A stretch of 64,000 nucleotides of DNA from Eledone cirrhosa (taxonomy: Eukaryota), in assembly GCA_964016885.1 (NCBI GenBank), contig OZ024745.1, positions 109,058,001 through 109,122,000 of the forward strand, given 5' to 3'. The translations under genes were made by a program, and so were the position numbers. Shown one piece after another: positions 11,610-25,670 of this stretch (positions within the stretch are counted from its first letter, which is position 1; each line of letters begins with the position of its first letter). The notes under the pieces were generated by a model that ran no database searches, had not been told where the DNA came from, and was given only the letters and a program-made list of their open reading frames with translations.

Positions 11610-12065
11610 TGTTTTGCGAGGTTTTTGGTATGAAATCGTGTGTCGAAACAAATATTGTTATACTTGGGGAGGATCATATTGTTGTAATAATTGTTTCTAC
11701 TTTAGGCACAAGGCCAGCAATTACCCAGTGCATTACTGGTACTTTATTTTATCGACCCCGTAAGGATGAGAGGCAAAGTCAACCTCGGCGGGATTTGAAC
11801 TCTGATCGTAAAGGGACGTAAATATGCTGGAAAGTATGGCGTCCGACCCTCTACCGATACTGCCAATCCACCGCCATATTGTTGTAATAATATTGCCAGA
11901 ATTAATAACAGAACACACTCACTGTTTGGTTGGTTTTCGCTTCTGTATCTGTTATACCAGTTAATTCATTCGGTCCTCAATGTTTACCAAAGAGTGTATG
12001 TGTTCTGTTATTAATTCTGGCAATATTATTACAACAATATGACCCTCCCCAAGTATAATAACAAC
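11610..12065. repeat. Foldback element (family F) with a SINE inserted in the left arm
   Basis: Arms 11658-11917 (minus the SINE) and 11999-12058; GAAA-CAAATATTG-TT hammerhead-like half at 11645. Confidence 0.65.
11690..11875 (-). mobile_element. Full-length tRNA-head SINE with Meta-like core
   Basis: A-box TGGCAGTATCGG, B-box GAGTTCAAATCC, core GCCT.TCATCCTTACGGGGTCGATAAA; 17-bp TSD CATATTGTTGTAATAAT. Confidence 0.9.
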
Positions 12066-12097
12066 ATATATATATGTATGTATATATATATATATCA

Positions 12098-12223
12098 ATG
12101 TATGTATAGTATATTTGGCAATATACCGTATGTTTAATTAAAAACATCTTGAAGACCTTACGCTATCATTTTTAAAGTACTGACTATGTCACTTATTTCT
12201 TTCGGCGAAAGAAGGGAGAGAAG
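12098..12223 (-). mobile_element. Family G pLTR fragment
   Basis: Matches the arms of 59268-59640. Confidence 0.7.
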
Positions 12224-12234
12224 GTATATATATT

Positions 12235-12340
<106 letters not shown>

Positions 12341-12869
12341 ATTCTTTACCATTAACATTATGTTTTAAAAAATCATTTTTTTACGCGTATTTTTTTTAGA
12401 GAAGAAGGGCCTCAAATTTCATACAGCTGAAGGCCTCAGCACGTAATATTCAGCTCCTGCTAGAAATACAACAAACAATATGTCCTTCCAGGAGTGGTGC
12501 GGAGACAATAATGTGTATTTTGAGGTATATTTGGTTACTATTTCTATTACATGTCAAGAAGCTTTCTTCTTGACCTGGGTGTAGCTTTGATATTTTACCC
12601 CAGGTCAGATTAATCGTGAAGACAACCCAATGGCATGATTGAGATATTTCAAAAAGAGACACCAGATTAAAACGTTATCGTAAATATTAACAGTGCTGGT
12701 GGATCGATAAATAACGTCAGGGTATATTTCCTTGTTTCGATTGGAAGATCGATGGAGATGAGATGATGATTGCAATCGAAGAGTTCCAGCCATGTCTTTC
12801 TCCCCCCTCTCTCTCTATATATATATATATAGAGAGAGAGAATGTATGTGTATGTATGTATGTTCTCCA

Positions 12870-13046
12870 TTTCTCTTAATTTTGAGTTTATTTTTCACCG
12901 GCAACCTTGCCGGTGGCAAGGTGGTGAAGTAAAGGATATTATCGTCTTCTCCTGTGTAAGTGTTCATCCTTTAAATCGTTTTAATGTGTTACAGATTTTG
13001 AATGTTCTAGATATCTTGACCATTTGTAGCTTATGAATTAAGGAGC
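12870..13046 (-). repeat. Dispersed repeat, possibly a LINE 3' end
   Basis: Homologous to 61433-61592 (ACCGGC.ACCTT.C.GGTGGCAAGG..TATGAATTA.GGAGC). Confidence 0.5.
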
Positions 13047-13126
13047 GACTTCTTTCTTCACAAATCAAAGTTCAGTTCTGAGATCTCTCGAATGAAATCG
13101 AGTTTTCAAAGAAAGAACGAAACAAA

Positions 13127-13442
13127 TAATAATTGTTTCTACTTTTGGCACAAGGCCAGCAATTATCTCAGTGTATTACTGGTACTCTATTTTATCGACC
13201 CCGTAAGGATGAAAGGCAAAGTTAACCTCGGCGGAATTTGAACTCAGACCGTAAAGGGACGTAACTATGCTGGAAAGCATGGCGTCCGACCCTCTACCGA
13301 TACTGCCAATCCACAGCTTTTTAATATAATTGTTTCTACATTTGGCACAAGGCCAGCAATTACCCAGTACATTACTGGTACTTTATTTTATCAGTAATAT
13401 ACTGGGTAATTGCTGGCCTTGTGCCAAATGTTGAAACAATTA
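13127..13442 (-). mobile_element. Full SINE (13127-13313) followed by a foldback of the SINE 3' tail (13327-13442)
   Basis: Consensus match; tail present on both strands. Confidence 0.85.
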
Positions 13443-14184
13443 TATATTGTAACTAGGCTCACATTATGCAAGGTGTCCTTCCAATTTATAAACTGTAGGA
13501 TGCGAATCGAGAGATAGTTGGATGTTACTTTGAGTAGATTGATCAACTGTGTAGACTAGTAATCTCGGTTAATATGTATTTGTTCATAGGTCTATTCACT
13601 CCAGATGGACTTAGACAACGACAAAGGCAGCAGCTTAGAATATTACCTTTGTCGCCCGATAAAAGTATTATTTAGAATCAAGTCCCAGCTCTGATGAAAA
13701 ATATATATAATTCAAGGCTTTTCAGCCACGACTTTGCTATGCTTTTTTTCTTCTTTTTTTTTCTTATAACTTTATTTTTCAGGCATAAAATATCTGGGAC
13801 TACATAAGTCAATAAATATGTCCTTTGTTTTTGCTGAGAAGATAGAGTGAGGTGTGTGTAATTTGAGGCAGATTTAACACCTATTTCTAGCAATTCGTCC
13901 GACCGCGTAGGAGCTTACTCGCTGTCTAGATTTTAGTGTTTTTAGAGTGTCTAGTTCATTTCCAAACAAAGAGTCATTGAAAAAAATTGATCCTGACAGC
14001 CATAACTTATAAACTAACGTTTACTCTTGCTTTTGCTTCGTTGCTCCTCTACGTTTATGTTTATTTATTTACCTAACTAATTATATATTTATTTCTCCGT
14101 TTCTCTTTTAAATGTTTTTTTAACATTTTAGGCAAATAGTGTTTGCTTTTCTTCTCTTTACTCTCGACTATATATATATATATA

Positions 14185-14354
14185 CTGCTTAGGTGTTTGG
14201 ATTTACCGTTGAGTTTAGGTGTGCTTATGCATAGGGCCCCGTTGGCCAAGGGGGCATCTTCCTACTAAAAAAAAAAACGTTTACGATGAATTTTTCAAAT
14301 GTTTGGGGCCTCATAACTTAACTAGCACAGTGCCTCATTTGTCCTAATCCGGCA

Positions 14355-14357
<3 letters not shown>
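14185..14357. mobile_element. hAT-like MITE remnant
   Basis: Ends TAATCCGGCACTG with internal GGGCCCC motifs; similar end TTAGTCCGCCACTG at about 63002-63015. Confidence 0.45.
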
Positions 14358-14388
<31 letters not shown>

Positions 14389-14532
14389 TCTGCTTCGCGT
14401 TGATCAGTGAAGTAAAATTTGGTTTACGGAAACTGCTGAAGGTTTGTTTGTATATCTATTATCTATCTATCTATCTATGTATCTATATATCTATTTATCT
14501 ATCTATCTATCTACCTATCTATCTATCTATCT

Positions 14533-14895
14533 ATCACTTTGGAAGAATAATCAGGATGGAGAGAGAGTTGCTGTACCCCAGCAAGTTTTATGAAAGGTGG
14601 GTGAAAGTGGCGAGAATGGCCCGAGTGAATGGGCCTTCTCTCTATATCAGCTTGTAGGTTGAGGAAAAGGAGGCGGAGAGGAAAGGAGTACAAACTCTTC
14701 GTACTCCTGGAGATGAGGGCTGCACATTTTTTCGGGGGTATGTGTTACCCATATAAACTGTCTCCCCTATTGGGGAAATACGACTAATTTTTTAAATTGC
14801 ATTTGTGATAACATTTTACACGTTTTTATTGTATGTAAACTTCCCCCTTTGTATTTGTCCCCTTCTTTTGTGCCCCTGTGGCTAATAAAGAAACA

Positions 14896-14896
<1 letters not shown>
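14533..14896 (+). mobile_element. 5'-truncated Tx1/L1-clade LINE in (TATC)n
   Basis: HFGRIIRMERELLYPSKFYERWVKVARMARVNGPSLYISL* plus 3' UTR ending AATAAAGAAA; (TATC)n on both sides. Confidence 0.8.
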
Positions 14897-14950
<54 letters not shown>

Positions 14951-14984
14951 TTATCTAGATAGATAGATAGATTGTTTTAAGAAA

Positions 14985-15150
14985 GGAATCACTGGACAGA
15001 TTTTACAGGCAAAAACAACCGACAGGAGACGAAGGGGTAGACCGCGAAAAGATGGTTGGATAACATCCATGATCTTGGCTGGTCTCGCTTTGGGATCCAG
15101 CCGGATCAATTAGAAACCATTGCTTCTGGCAGGACCCGCTGGAAGGAGTG
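14985..15150 (+). pseudogene. RTE-clade LINE C-terminal fragment
   Basis: RRRRGRPRKRWLDNIHDLGWSRFGIQPDQLETIASGRTRW. Confidence 0.7.
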
Positions 15151-15159
15151 TGGGAGGAC

Positions 15160-15538
15160 TGGGAGAAATTAAACAAAATGGGGAAATTTTACATAATTGT
15201 TTCTCCTTTAGGCACACGGCCAGTAATTTTGAAGAGGAAGGGAAAATCGATTAAATCGATCCCAGTGAGTGATTGGTACTTTATTTTATCGACCCCCGTA
15301 AGGATGAAAGGCAAAGTTAACCTCGGCGGGATTTGAACTCTGATCATAAAGGGGCGCAACTCTATGCTGCAAAGCATGGCGTCAGACCCTCTCCCGATAC
15401 TGCCAATCCACCGCCCTCAGGGGAGATTTTACATAATGAAAGCTAAAACCACCTATTTTCAGAAGAGAAGACATCTCTAACCTGCGCAAAAGTGGGTGGG
15501 AGATGTCCCCGTCAGACGTGGGGGAATTGACAGGTCTG
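15160..15538 (-). mobile_element. CAGACCTGTCAAC-type MITE (partial) with nested long-variant SINE (15196-15416)
   Basis: Homologous to 33907-34114; SINE flanked by about 18-bp TSD GGGGAgATTTTACATAAT. Confidence 0.75.
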
Positions 15539-15957
15539 TTGATAGCGGAAAAGAAAAAATTTAAATAAAACAAAACATGGTTGGTGAGTTAATCGCAGTT
15601 TGTTAATGTTCAACATATGACTCTACCAAGTTTAGATTTGAAAAAACAAAACAAAAAAAACGCGCTTTGCTACGTGGTTAGAAAGCGTTGTTTTTGCAGA
15701 TAGGTTAAATAACACGGACATACAGTATGTACGATGTGTACGATGATGTTGATGAAGTTGTTGGCTACCAATCTCTACTACAAATAAATATGTATATATG
15801 CATGTTTGTTTATATGACGTCTATCTATACAAAGAGTTCTACGCGGAACCTGGAAGCACGCGCTAGAAGTAAAATAAACAAAATGGCTGAACTTGTGGAA
15901 TTCAACATGTCGTCAGAATAGCAATTAAGACGAAGATATGAAACATACGAGAAGTCT

Positions 15958-16036
<79 letters not shown>

Positions 16037-16051
16037 CTATGTATCTATGTA

Positions 16052-16118
<67 letters not shown>

Positions 16119-16168
16119 CTATGTATCTATGTATGTGTGTGTGTGTATATTTATATATATATGTACTC

Positions 16169-16213
<45 letters not shown>

Positions 16214-16214
16214 C

Positions 16215-16245
<31 letters not shown>

Positions 16246-16263
16246 AATGTATATATATATATG

Positions 16264-16294
<31 letters not shown>

Positions 16295-16317
16295 GTATTT
16301 ATGTTTATATATATATA

Positions 16318-16420
16318 TTGTTTCTACTATTGGCACAAGGCCAGCAATTACCCAGTACATTACTGGTACTTTATTTTATCGACCCCGTAAGGATGAAAGG
16401 TAAAGTTAACCTTGGCGGGA

Positions 16421-16421
<1 letters not shown>
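16318..16421 (-). mobile_element. 5'-truncated Meta-like SINE
   Basis: Consensus match from core to tail. Confidence 0.85.
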
Positions 16422-16481
<60 letters not shown>

Positions 16482-16908
16482 TTATGCATGTATGTATACA
16501 TATGTATATAAAGGGGGGTGAGGGGAAGAGGCAAAATGAGAGAGTGGTGTACAGCGAGGACAGACAAAAACATTGAACCGAAAAAGTAAAAATAAAAATA
16601 ATGAGCGGAAAAGTAAATGAATAAATAAAGGAGAAAAAAAGAGGAAAAAAGAAAGAAAGGAAGAGAAAATAAGTTGTGGAATTAAACAGAAACACGTTGA
16701 AATAAACTTTTCTAACTGCTAGTATTTCACAAGTAAAAAAGAGATTTAAATTTAAAAGCTTTTACATACATATGTGTGCGTACGTAGATATATGCATTTA
16801 CATGTATATAGCACGTATTGTGTAGTTAAACTCACAGACACATATATATATATATATGCATATGTATGAATGCATATGTATATATGTATATGTATATATG
16901 CATATATA

Positions 16909-17180
<272 letters not shown>

Positions 17181-17252
17181 TATATATATATATAGATATA
17201 TATACATATATACATATGTATATATATATATATATATATATATGCATATATA

Positions 17253-17400
17253 TGAAAAGATTCAGGAACCCGACGGCTGAGCGCTCCGGGTGTTTCGACA
17301 GCTACATGTGAACTAACCCACCATATTACCCACTCTACTACCCCCAAGTATTGAGTACTCTGGTCCGTTATGGACCACCTGGTATCTTACCACAACCTCT
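17253..17400. mobile_element. Family C variant: inverted pLTR piece plus tail
   Basis: Tail CACTCTACTAC..GTATTGAGTAC..TTACCACA as at 24054-24116. Confidence 0.65.
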
Positions 17401-17432
17401 TGGATATGTCACTATTTATAAAACAAACTTTG

Positions 17433-17493
17433 TATTTTATCTGATGAGAGCGTACCAAAGTGTTGGTACTCTTGAAATATATATAATAGAATA
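17433..17493 (+). ncRNA. Minimal type-I hammerhead motif (family A, element 17404-17535)
   Basis: TATTTTAT-CTGATGA-stem GTACCA/TGGTAC-GAAA-TATATA-TA-ATAGAATA. Confidence 0.65.
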
Positions 17494-17534
17494 AATATGG
17501 TTTTATAAATATAGTTTCCATTTATTAATATCAT

Positions 17535-17659
<125 letters not shown>

Positions 17660-17863
17660 TATATATATATATGCATATGTATATATGTATATATATATAT
17701 ATATATGCATAGGCATATATATATACATATATACATATGCATATATATATACATAGGCATATATATATGCATATATATATGCATAGGCGTATATATATAT
17801 ACATATAATCATATGCATATATATATATACATATATACATATGCATATATATATACATATATA

Positions 17864-17957
<94 letters not shown>

Positions 17958-17960
<3 letters not shown>

Positions 17961-18235
17961 TGACCTGTTCTCCTTTTAGGATACCTATTACCTTTGTTCA
18001 GAGTGTGGGATTGGTTCGGTGCAATGCCTTTCTTCACTTAAAACAGTTTCAAGCAGTGGCATCACTTGATCAAAGTGACGTTTACATATATTGTGCGATA
18101 ATGGCTCTTTCTATTTTCTTTCTCTGCAGTATATGTAGAAAGTCCTTGGCAGGGCTAAAAAGTCATGTTCATACCGCCGATTTATAAGGAAAGGTGAAGG
18201 GATGGTAATCCTAGTAACCGAGTTGCAGCCAATAT
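17958..18235 (+). mobile_element. Non-autonomous RTE-derived element, partial
   Basis: Homologous to 11165-11250; C2H2 remnant [14 protein letters not shown]; ends GCAGCC. Confidence 0.6.
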
Positions 18236-18255
18236 AAATATCCCCCAAACATCAC

Positions 18256-18808
18256 CAGACCTGTCAACTCTCCTCGTCCGACGGGGAGATCTCTCACCCA
18301 CGCTAAACTGGATGAGAGATGTCTTCTCTTGTGAAAATCAGTATGGCTTTCATTGGCAGAATTGGTAGAAGGTTGGACATGCTTTCCAGCATAGTTACGT
18401 CCCTTTACGATCTGAGTTCAAATCCCGCCAAGGTTAACTTTGCCTTTCATCCTTACGATGTCGATAAAATAAAGTACCAGTAATTGCTGGCCTTGTGCCG
18501 AAAGTAGAAACAATTATTTAAAAGGTGATGGATTGGCAGTATCGGTAGAGGGTCGGACGCCATGCTTTGCAGCAAAGAGTTACGGCCATTTATGGTCTGA
18601 GTTCAAATCCCGCCGAGGTTAACTTTGCCTTTCATCCTTACGAGGTCGATAAAATAAAGTACCAGTAATGTACTGGTTAATTGCTGGCCTTGTGCCAAAA
18701 GTAGAAACAATTATGTAAAATCTCGCCATTTTGGCCTCATTTCTCCCCACTCTGGGGCACTTTTTTTCATGGTACTCCTCGTTTGGGTTTTTAGAGGTTG
18801 GCATGTCT
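18256..18808 (+). mobile_element. CAGACCTGTCAAC-type MITE with two nested SINEs (18353-18520, 18527-18712)
   Basis: TIRs CAGACCTGTCAAC / GTTGGCATGTCTG; flanks CATCAC / TATCAC. Confidence 0.8.
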
Positions 18809-19173
18809 GTATCACCTTGATTTTGGCATGCACCTGGCGTGCTTTAGGGGAACTTGGTGACGTTGGATGCTTCCACTGTGATGACTGAGCTTTGGTTTTG
18901 GGGTCATACCCAGATACCTACATCTCATCTCCAGTTATTACGGTATTCAGGAACTCGGAATCCTTGTTGGCAGTATCGGGCGAAATGAAAATGAAACTAG
19001 TATGTAACACCGTACTTTACAAGCACTGGCTGCCTGAGAACGACTGACACATCCAGTATGCTCGCCAAAAAACTATACATGAATGTATGCGGTTCCACTG
19101 CACACTTCTGCCTTACCAACGTCGTTATTTCCCTCGGGAAAAAATAAAGTCGGACAATTTTTGACAGACTCTG
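18809..19173 (-). mobile_element. Mariner transposon fragment (terminal region plus transposase piece)
   Basis: Minus frame FLNTVITGDEM*VSGYDPKTKAQSSQWKHPTSP..KARQVHAKIKV (first catalytic Asp region); TIR-like end at 19148-19173. Confidence 0.85.
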
Positions 19174-19327
19174 AATGAGTGTGTGTATGTATACACATGT
19201 ACATATATATTTGTATCTATATCTCTCTCTATCTCTATATATATACACATATATGGGTGCATATATATAAGTGTATATGTGCCTGTTTTAATCCGACTAC
19301 GTATGTAGTAGGGAAATCACAGCAGTG

Positions 19328-19452
<125 letters not shown>

Positions 19453-20283
19453 AATCTTACAACATTGGAATCTGCAGTTATTAGTTCAAATGGGAAATCA
19501 GTCATGTAGCAAATAGAAAATGTTCAGTCTTTTCACTATAATTTCCAAGATGAATCTAATAAATTTTATAATATAATGGTAGTTGTAGTGAGTGTCTGCG
19601 CATGTGTGAGTGGATGGAGAGGAGATAACATGAACAAAGACTAAGTAAATTAATTCTTTGTAAATTGTATTGTTTTATTTTAGTGTAATACTTTCTGTTT
19701 GTTTGTTTTATTTCGTGTTTTTTTTTGTTTTAAATGGTTCTTTCATTTTATATATAGTATGTTTTAAACTATCTTTCTTTTTTTAAATTTTGTTTGTTTA
19801 TTCTTTTAATTTTGTATCATTATTCACAGTGGAAAATTTGTAAATGCAAAAAAAAAAATAATAATAATAATAATACTAATAATAAATAAGCAAGCAAAAT
19901 TCAAACAGTGCATTAATTAAGATAATAATAATAAAAATAATAAGGATGATGATGATGATGATGACGATGATGGTGATGATGATGATGGGGATGATGATGA
20001 TGGTGGTGGTGGTGGTGATAGTTTCATAATGCAATTACTAATGATGATCATGATGATTATGATGATTTAAAATTAGATTAGTAGGCCCTATAGCTATCTA
20101 GCAGATTTAGACTTATAACAATATTCTACTCTCGTGGCAGTCATGATTTTCCATATATATATATATATATATATTATGTGTGTATGTACGTATATATATA
20201 TACATATATATACATATATATATATATATACATAATGTGTATATGTATGTATATATATATATATATATATATAAATATATATA

Positions 20284-20342
<59 letters not shown>

Positions 20343-20353
20343 TAAAATAACAG

Positions 20354-20458
<105 letters not shown>

Positions 20459-20487
20459 TATATACATATACATATATATATATATAC

Positions 20488-20540
<53 letters not shown>

Positions 20541-20556
20541 AATATCTATATCTCTT

Positions 20557-20632
<76 letters not shown>

Positions 20633-20981
20633 AATATCTATATCTATATCTATCTATCTATATATATATATATATCAGATCTAGGGACTCTCTGTAAAAC
20701 GTAATAATAATCATGATGATGATGATGATGATGATGATAGTAGTTGTCATAAAAGACTATATTGGTGTAATAGTGTTTTAAACTATTTATTAGTGTTGTT
20801 ATTGTTTATCAGCCGAACAGTTCTGATTGAGCAAGCATGGTTGTGTAGTTAAAGAGTCAGCTTATCAATATTATAGTTCAGCCTCACCATCCGGTAACTT
20901 GGGAAAGTATCTTCAATATAGCCAAGGGTCGACTAAAGACTAAGTGGAATTATAAGTATGTAGATATACATACACTTGTAA

Positions 20982-21096
<115 letters not shown>

Positions 21097-21167
21097 TACT
21101 AGTATATATATATATATATATATTACTAGTATATATATATATATATATATACAGTATATATATATAT

Positions 21168-21434
21168 ATGTAGGAGGTGAGTTTTATTGTAGTACAATAA
21201 AGCAATGCAGATATCGGATAAGAAGCACTCTACAGTTTGTAGGACTGGAGTATACATAATATATAAGATCAAAATATGTTCATTTAAAACTGCACTATCC
21301 ACAAGTGTTTTTAACCTTCATATCATGTCTTCCTATTTTATCTGATGAAAACACAAATGTTATTGCATGATGATATTTGTTTTTGAAATGCGCATAATAA
21401 AATACATGGAACTCTTTTAACCATCTTTTGATCT

Positions 21435-21445
<11 letters not shown>
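21168..21445. mobile_element. Family H foldback-type element (one arm truncated)
   Basis: Homologous to 35264-35690; (TA)n flanks. Confidence 0.8.
21334..21404 (+). ncRNA. Minimal type-I hammerhead motif (family H)
   Basis: TATTTTAT-CTGATGA-long stem II-GAAA-TGCGCA-TA-ATAAAATA. Confidence 0.75.
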
Positions 21446-21473
<28 letters not shown>

Positions 21474-22109
21474 ATATATCTCATATGAAATAATACAGCC
21501 AATTATCCACACAATACAATATAGTTAGCACCCCAAACGTTTAATTGGGAATATACTCCGGTATTTCCTAATGTTTGTTGAGTGAGTTGGAATTTGGTCG
21601 GAGTATCGCTAATAGCTTTCTCTGTTTATGTATATATATATATATATATATATGGGAGGTGGGGGTGTATACTTCATCGTGAATAGTATATAAAAGAGTA
21701 ATCAAAGAGAATGTTTAAGTGTCTACTCTACTTAGCTATAGTTGTATTACTGATGCATCTATTCTAATAGAAAGAAAAAATAAAATAAACTGTACTTATA
21801 AGAAAAGCATTCTCGTTTCATCTCCTCCCAACCACATTTTTCCTGCGGTCATTGACCTGCTGAATATCAGACTGGAGCTCAGCCGTACTAATTCCGACAG
21901 GTAGAGCGTTCAAAATTTATACGCAATGACCTACCTGTTTTAAGTTGTATATTTAAACAGGTAAAAAGCCCCCAAATACTTTCGGAATGCAACGGCAACA
22001 ACATAACACCTTCTAGATTAAATCTCAAGTAGATACCAAAGTTAAAGTGGGAAAATATCTACTCCTAACGAAATAGAAACGAAACAAACAAGTGAGATAT
22101 ATTGCAATC

Positions 22110-22555
<446 letters not shown>

Positions 22556-22961
22556 GTGTGCGTGAGTGTGTGTGTGCGTGAGTGTGTGTGTGAGTGTATG
22601 TACGTGTGTGTGTGTGTATGTGTGTGTGCGCGTGTGTGTGTGTGTGTGCGCGTGTGTGTGTGTGTATGTGAGTGTGTGTATGTGTGTGTGTGTGAGAGAG
22701 TGTGTGTGAGTGCGTGGGAGGAGATAAACAGGGTTACATATCTAAAAGTTTATGGCAATCAATTGACTTCATACTTGAGTGGATTGAGAAGTAGGAAAAT
22801 CGGTTGTGATGATATTATTGTTTAACGTGAAGTCAACCTTGATCGAGAAAACTTATGATCAAACACATGTCAACATTTATGGTTAAGCAGGTATAATCTA
22901 AGTCATTTTTCTAATTTTAACTACGCGTTTTGTAAAGCTTTTTACAATTTGTTGGACACCA

Positions 22962-23290
22962 GGTCCGAACACAGAAGAGCCGAACTCCCACTGTCATCGC
23001 CTCCATCTCTCTCGCCATCCCCATCTGTCACTATTAAGAGCAAATGGGGGTCCCATGTGCTGGCCTCTCCACAGCCCCGGCGGACAGAATGGAGAAGGGG
23101 GCATTTCTCCGGGAGGATGGTAAGGGAGATGTGCCGGAAGAACCATTCCATCTAGTGAGGCTCGCCCCTGCCGCTCGCCAGCTCAGCGCCTTTGGTGGTC
23201 AGTAGGGAGGTAGCCCTGGGGGGGCCAAGGACACCAGAACTCTCCACTGGTAGGGGCTCGATTGCAAATATGTCGGAGAGCGACCAATAC
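22962..23290 (-). mobile_element. GC-rich dispersed repeat, probably a decayed LINE C-terminus
   Basis: Reverse-complement copy at 54261-54417; EWFFRHI resembles the RWFGHI motif. Confidence 0.45.
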
Positions 23291-23851
23291 TTGTCCTTGT
23301 TTAAGATAGTGGTGTACAATTTGGGAAGATGTTGGTAGCTGTTTCTAGCAAATAGATTGAACGCATAGGGGGATTCGACGCTGTCAACCAGAGTGATAGT
23401 GTTAACCAGAGTGATGGCTGGATTTGAAGTGTTCTCCACAGTCCATTAAACGCCACAGCTGGCAATAACGTTGACTCTATAAAATATTCAGGTTTGCATC
23501 TATAAACTGGTATAATACATACATAAAAACATCCACTCAATCTCTCTTCGCCTCACTTATAGTTTGATAGAGAGAAATTAAATATATATTATAATGCTTC
23601 CTTCGTGTATTATACCTCTACCCATTCTTCACACGCACATACACATATAAACACACACACACACATAACACACACATAACACAGACACACATACGCAACA
23701 CATACAAAACACATACACATGCACAAACGTGCGCGCACGCACGCACACGCGCGCATACACACACACACACACACGAAGAGCGGCCGAAACGTTATATATG
23801 CTATATCCCTTCCATATACTGTACCGATTGTGTTGTTATTTCTGTTTACCT

Positions 23852-23883
<32 letters not shown>

Positions 23884-23939
23884 CATACATACATACATAC
23901 ATACATACATACATACATTTATATATATATATATATATA

Positions 23940-24125
23940 TAGGAACCAGTAAGACCCCGACAGCTGAGCTCAAGCCGTTTCGACGGCTAATTCTGAATTA
24001 GCCGTCGAAACGGCTTGAGCTCAGCTGTCGGGGTCTTACTGGTTCCTATTACCCACTCTACTACCTCAAGTATTGAGTACTTTGGTGCGTTATGGTCCAC
24101 CTGGTTCCTTACCACATTTCCTTCG

Positions 24126-24128
<3 letters not shown>
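23940..24128 (+). mobile_element. Foldback family C with tail
   Basis: About 54-bp perfect arms with 1-nt spacer, then tail; (TA)n on both sides. Confidence 0.85.
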
Positions 24129-24183
<55 letters not shown>

Positions 24184-24197
24184 GAAAATATATATAT

Positions 24198-25670
24198 GAG
24201 AAGCTAGACGCGACATGTATACATAGTACGGAAAAAGGCTGAAAGAAAGTTTGCCAATGTCTTGTGATGTGAGGATCAGAGACGTGGGGTGTTCCGCATT
24301 TCAAGTCAGTTTATCAGTGTGCATCAAGATGTTGTTGGGTAAAAGTATGTTCGAAATGACAACGGTGCATTTAGAATCATTGATGCTCAAAAGAAAGAGG
24401 CATGAAAATGTTATTATGAGAGACTGGTGAGAGACTAGCTATTAAAGTCGAATTATAAGATCAAAGAAGCAATCATGGAGATGAAGAGTGTTACAGGCGC
24501 AGCAACGTCAGAGATAGTCACTGAGATGCCAAAAGCATCTGGAGAAGTAGGAGCTGAGCAAGTAACCCGCATAGTTAATCAGGTAATATAGGACGGAGTT
24601 ACACCCAATGGCAGGCGCCTCCATACAATCATAAATTGTTACAAAGGAAAGGGTGTTGTTCGAAAAAGGAGCAGCTAAAGAGGAATAAAACTAATGGACC
24701 AAGTTATGAAAGTGACAGAAAGAGTTATAGCACAGCTAATTAAAGAAATTGCTAAATTAGACGAGATGGAGTTTGTTTTCATACCTGGGAAAATATTACA
24801 GATTCCATCATCTTAAAGAGACAACTACAAAAGAAGTTCATAGCCAAGAATAAACCGCTAGCTTTTGTTGATCTAGAAATGGCTTTTGACAGAATACCTT
24901 GATCTGTCATTTCTAGTGGTCCTCAGGGAACTTAGGTGTAGAAGAATGGCTTGTGAGAACAATGCAAGCCATGTACAGAGGAGATGTCAGTAAAATGAGA
25001 TTAGGAAGAGAGTTTGGTTAGGAATTCAAGGTACCGGTAGTTCATCAGGATTCAGTTCTTAGCCCACTTCTATTCATTATAGTTCTCCAGGCCATCACAG
25101 AGGGGTTTAGGACTAGCTGTCCATGAGAACTTCTTTATGCTGATGATCTGGTCCTTATAGTTGAATCTATAGAAGAACTAGAGAATATGTTTCGACTGCG
25201 GAAACAGAAGTTACAATCAATACAATGCAAATCTTGGGTACACAAGAAGTGTAGTGGGATAGCAGGCAGTCTCCCAGGAAAGAAAGACTTCGTATGTACT
25301 GTATGTACAGGGGTAATCGATAGAAAGGGCGCCAGTGATATACATATTTTCCAATCACATGAAAGGTCCATAAAGTGGTTGCTGGCTTCTGCTACCTAGA
25401 TGATCTAGCAATGTAGGAGGGTGATCCGAGAGCATAATAACTAGAATATTAGATAGCTACTAACTCTTTTGACATAAGGTTTCTCCTTACGAACGAAACA
25501 ACGGCTGTACGACACTTGCGTGTGAAGTGCGATGTTGTATAGAGGTGAAACATGGGAAATGACTGCTGTGGACATGCATAGGCTAGAGGGAAATGAAGCA
25601 TCTATACTTCGATGGATGCGCAATGTTTATGTGAGAGAACGGCCGGGCTTGGGTGAACTGAGCAGAGGGG
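24198..25670 (+). pseudogene. Decayed RTE-clade LINE reverse transcriptase
   Basis: YKGKG..RGIKLMDQVMKVTERV, AFVDLEMAFDRIP, HQDSVLSPLLFIIVL, LLYADDLVL (YADD at 25136-25147); many stops and frameshifts. Confidence 0.92.
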
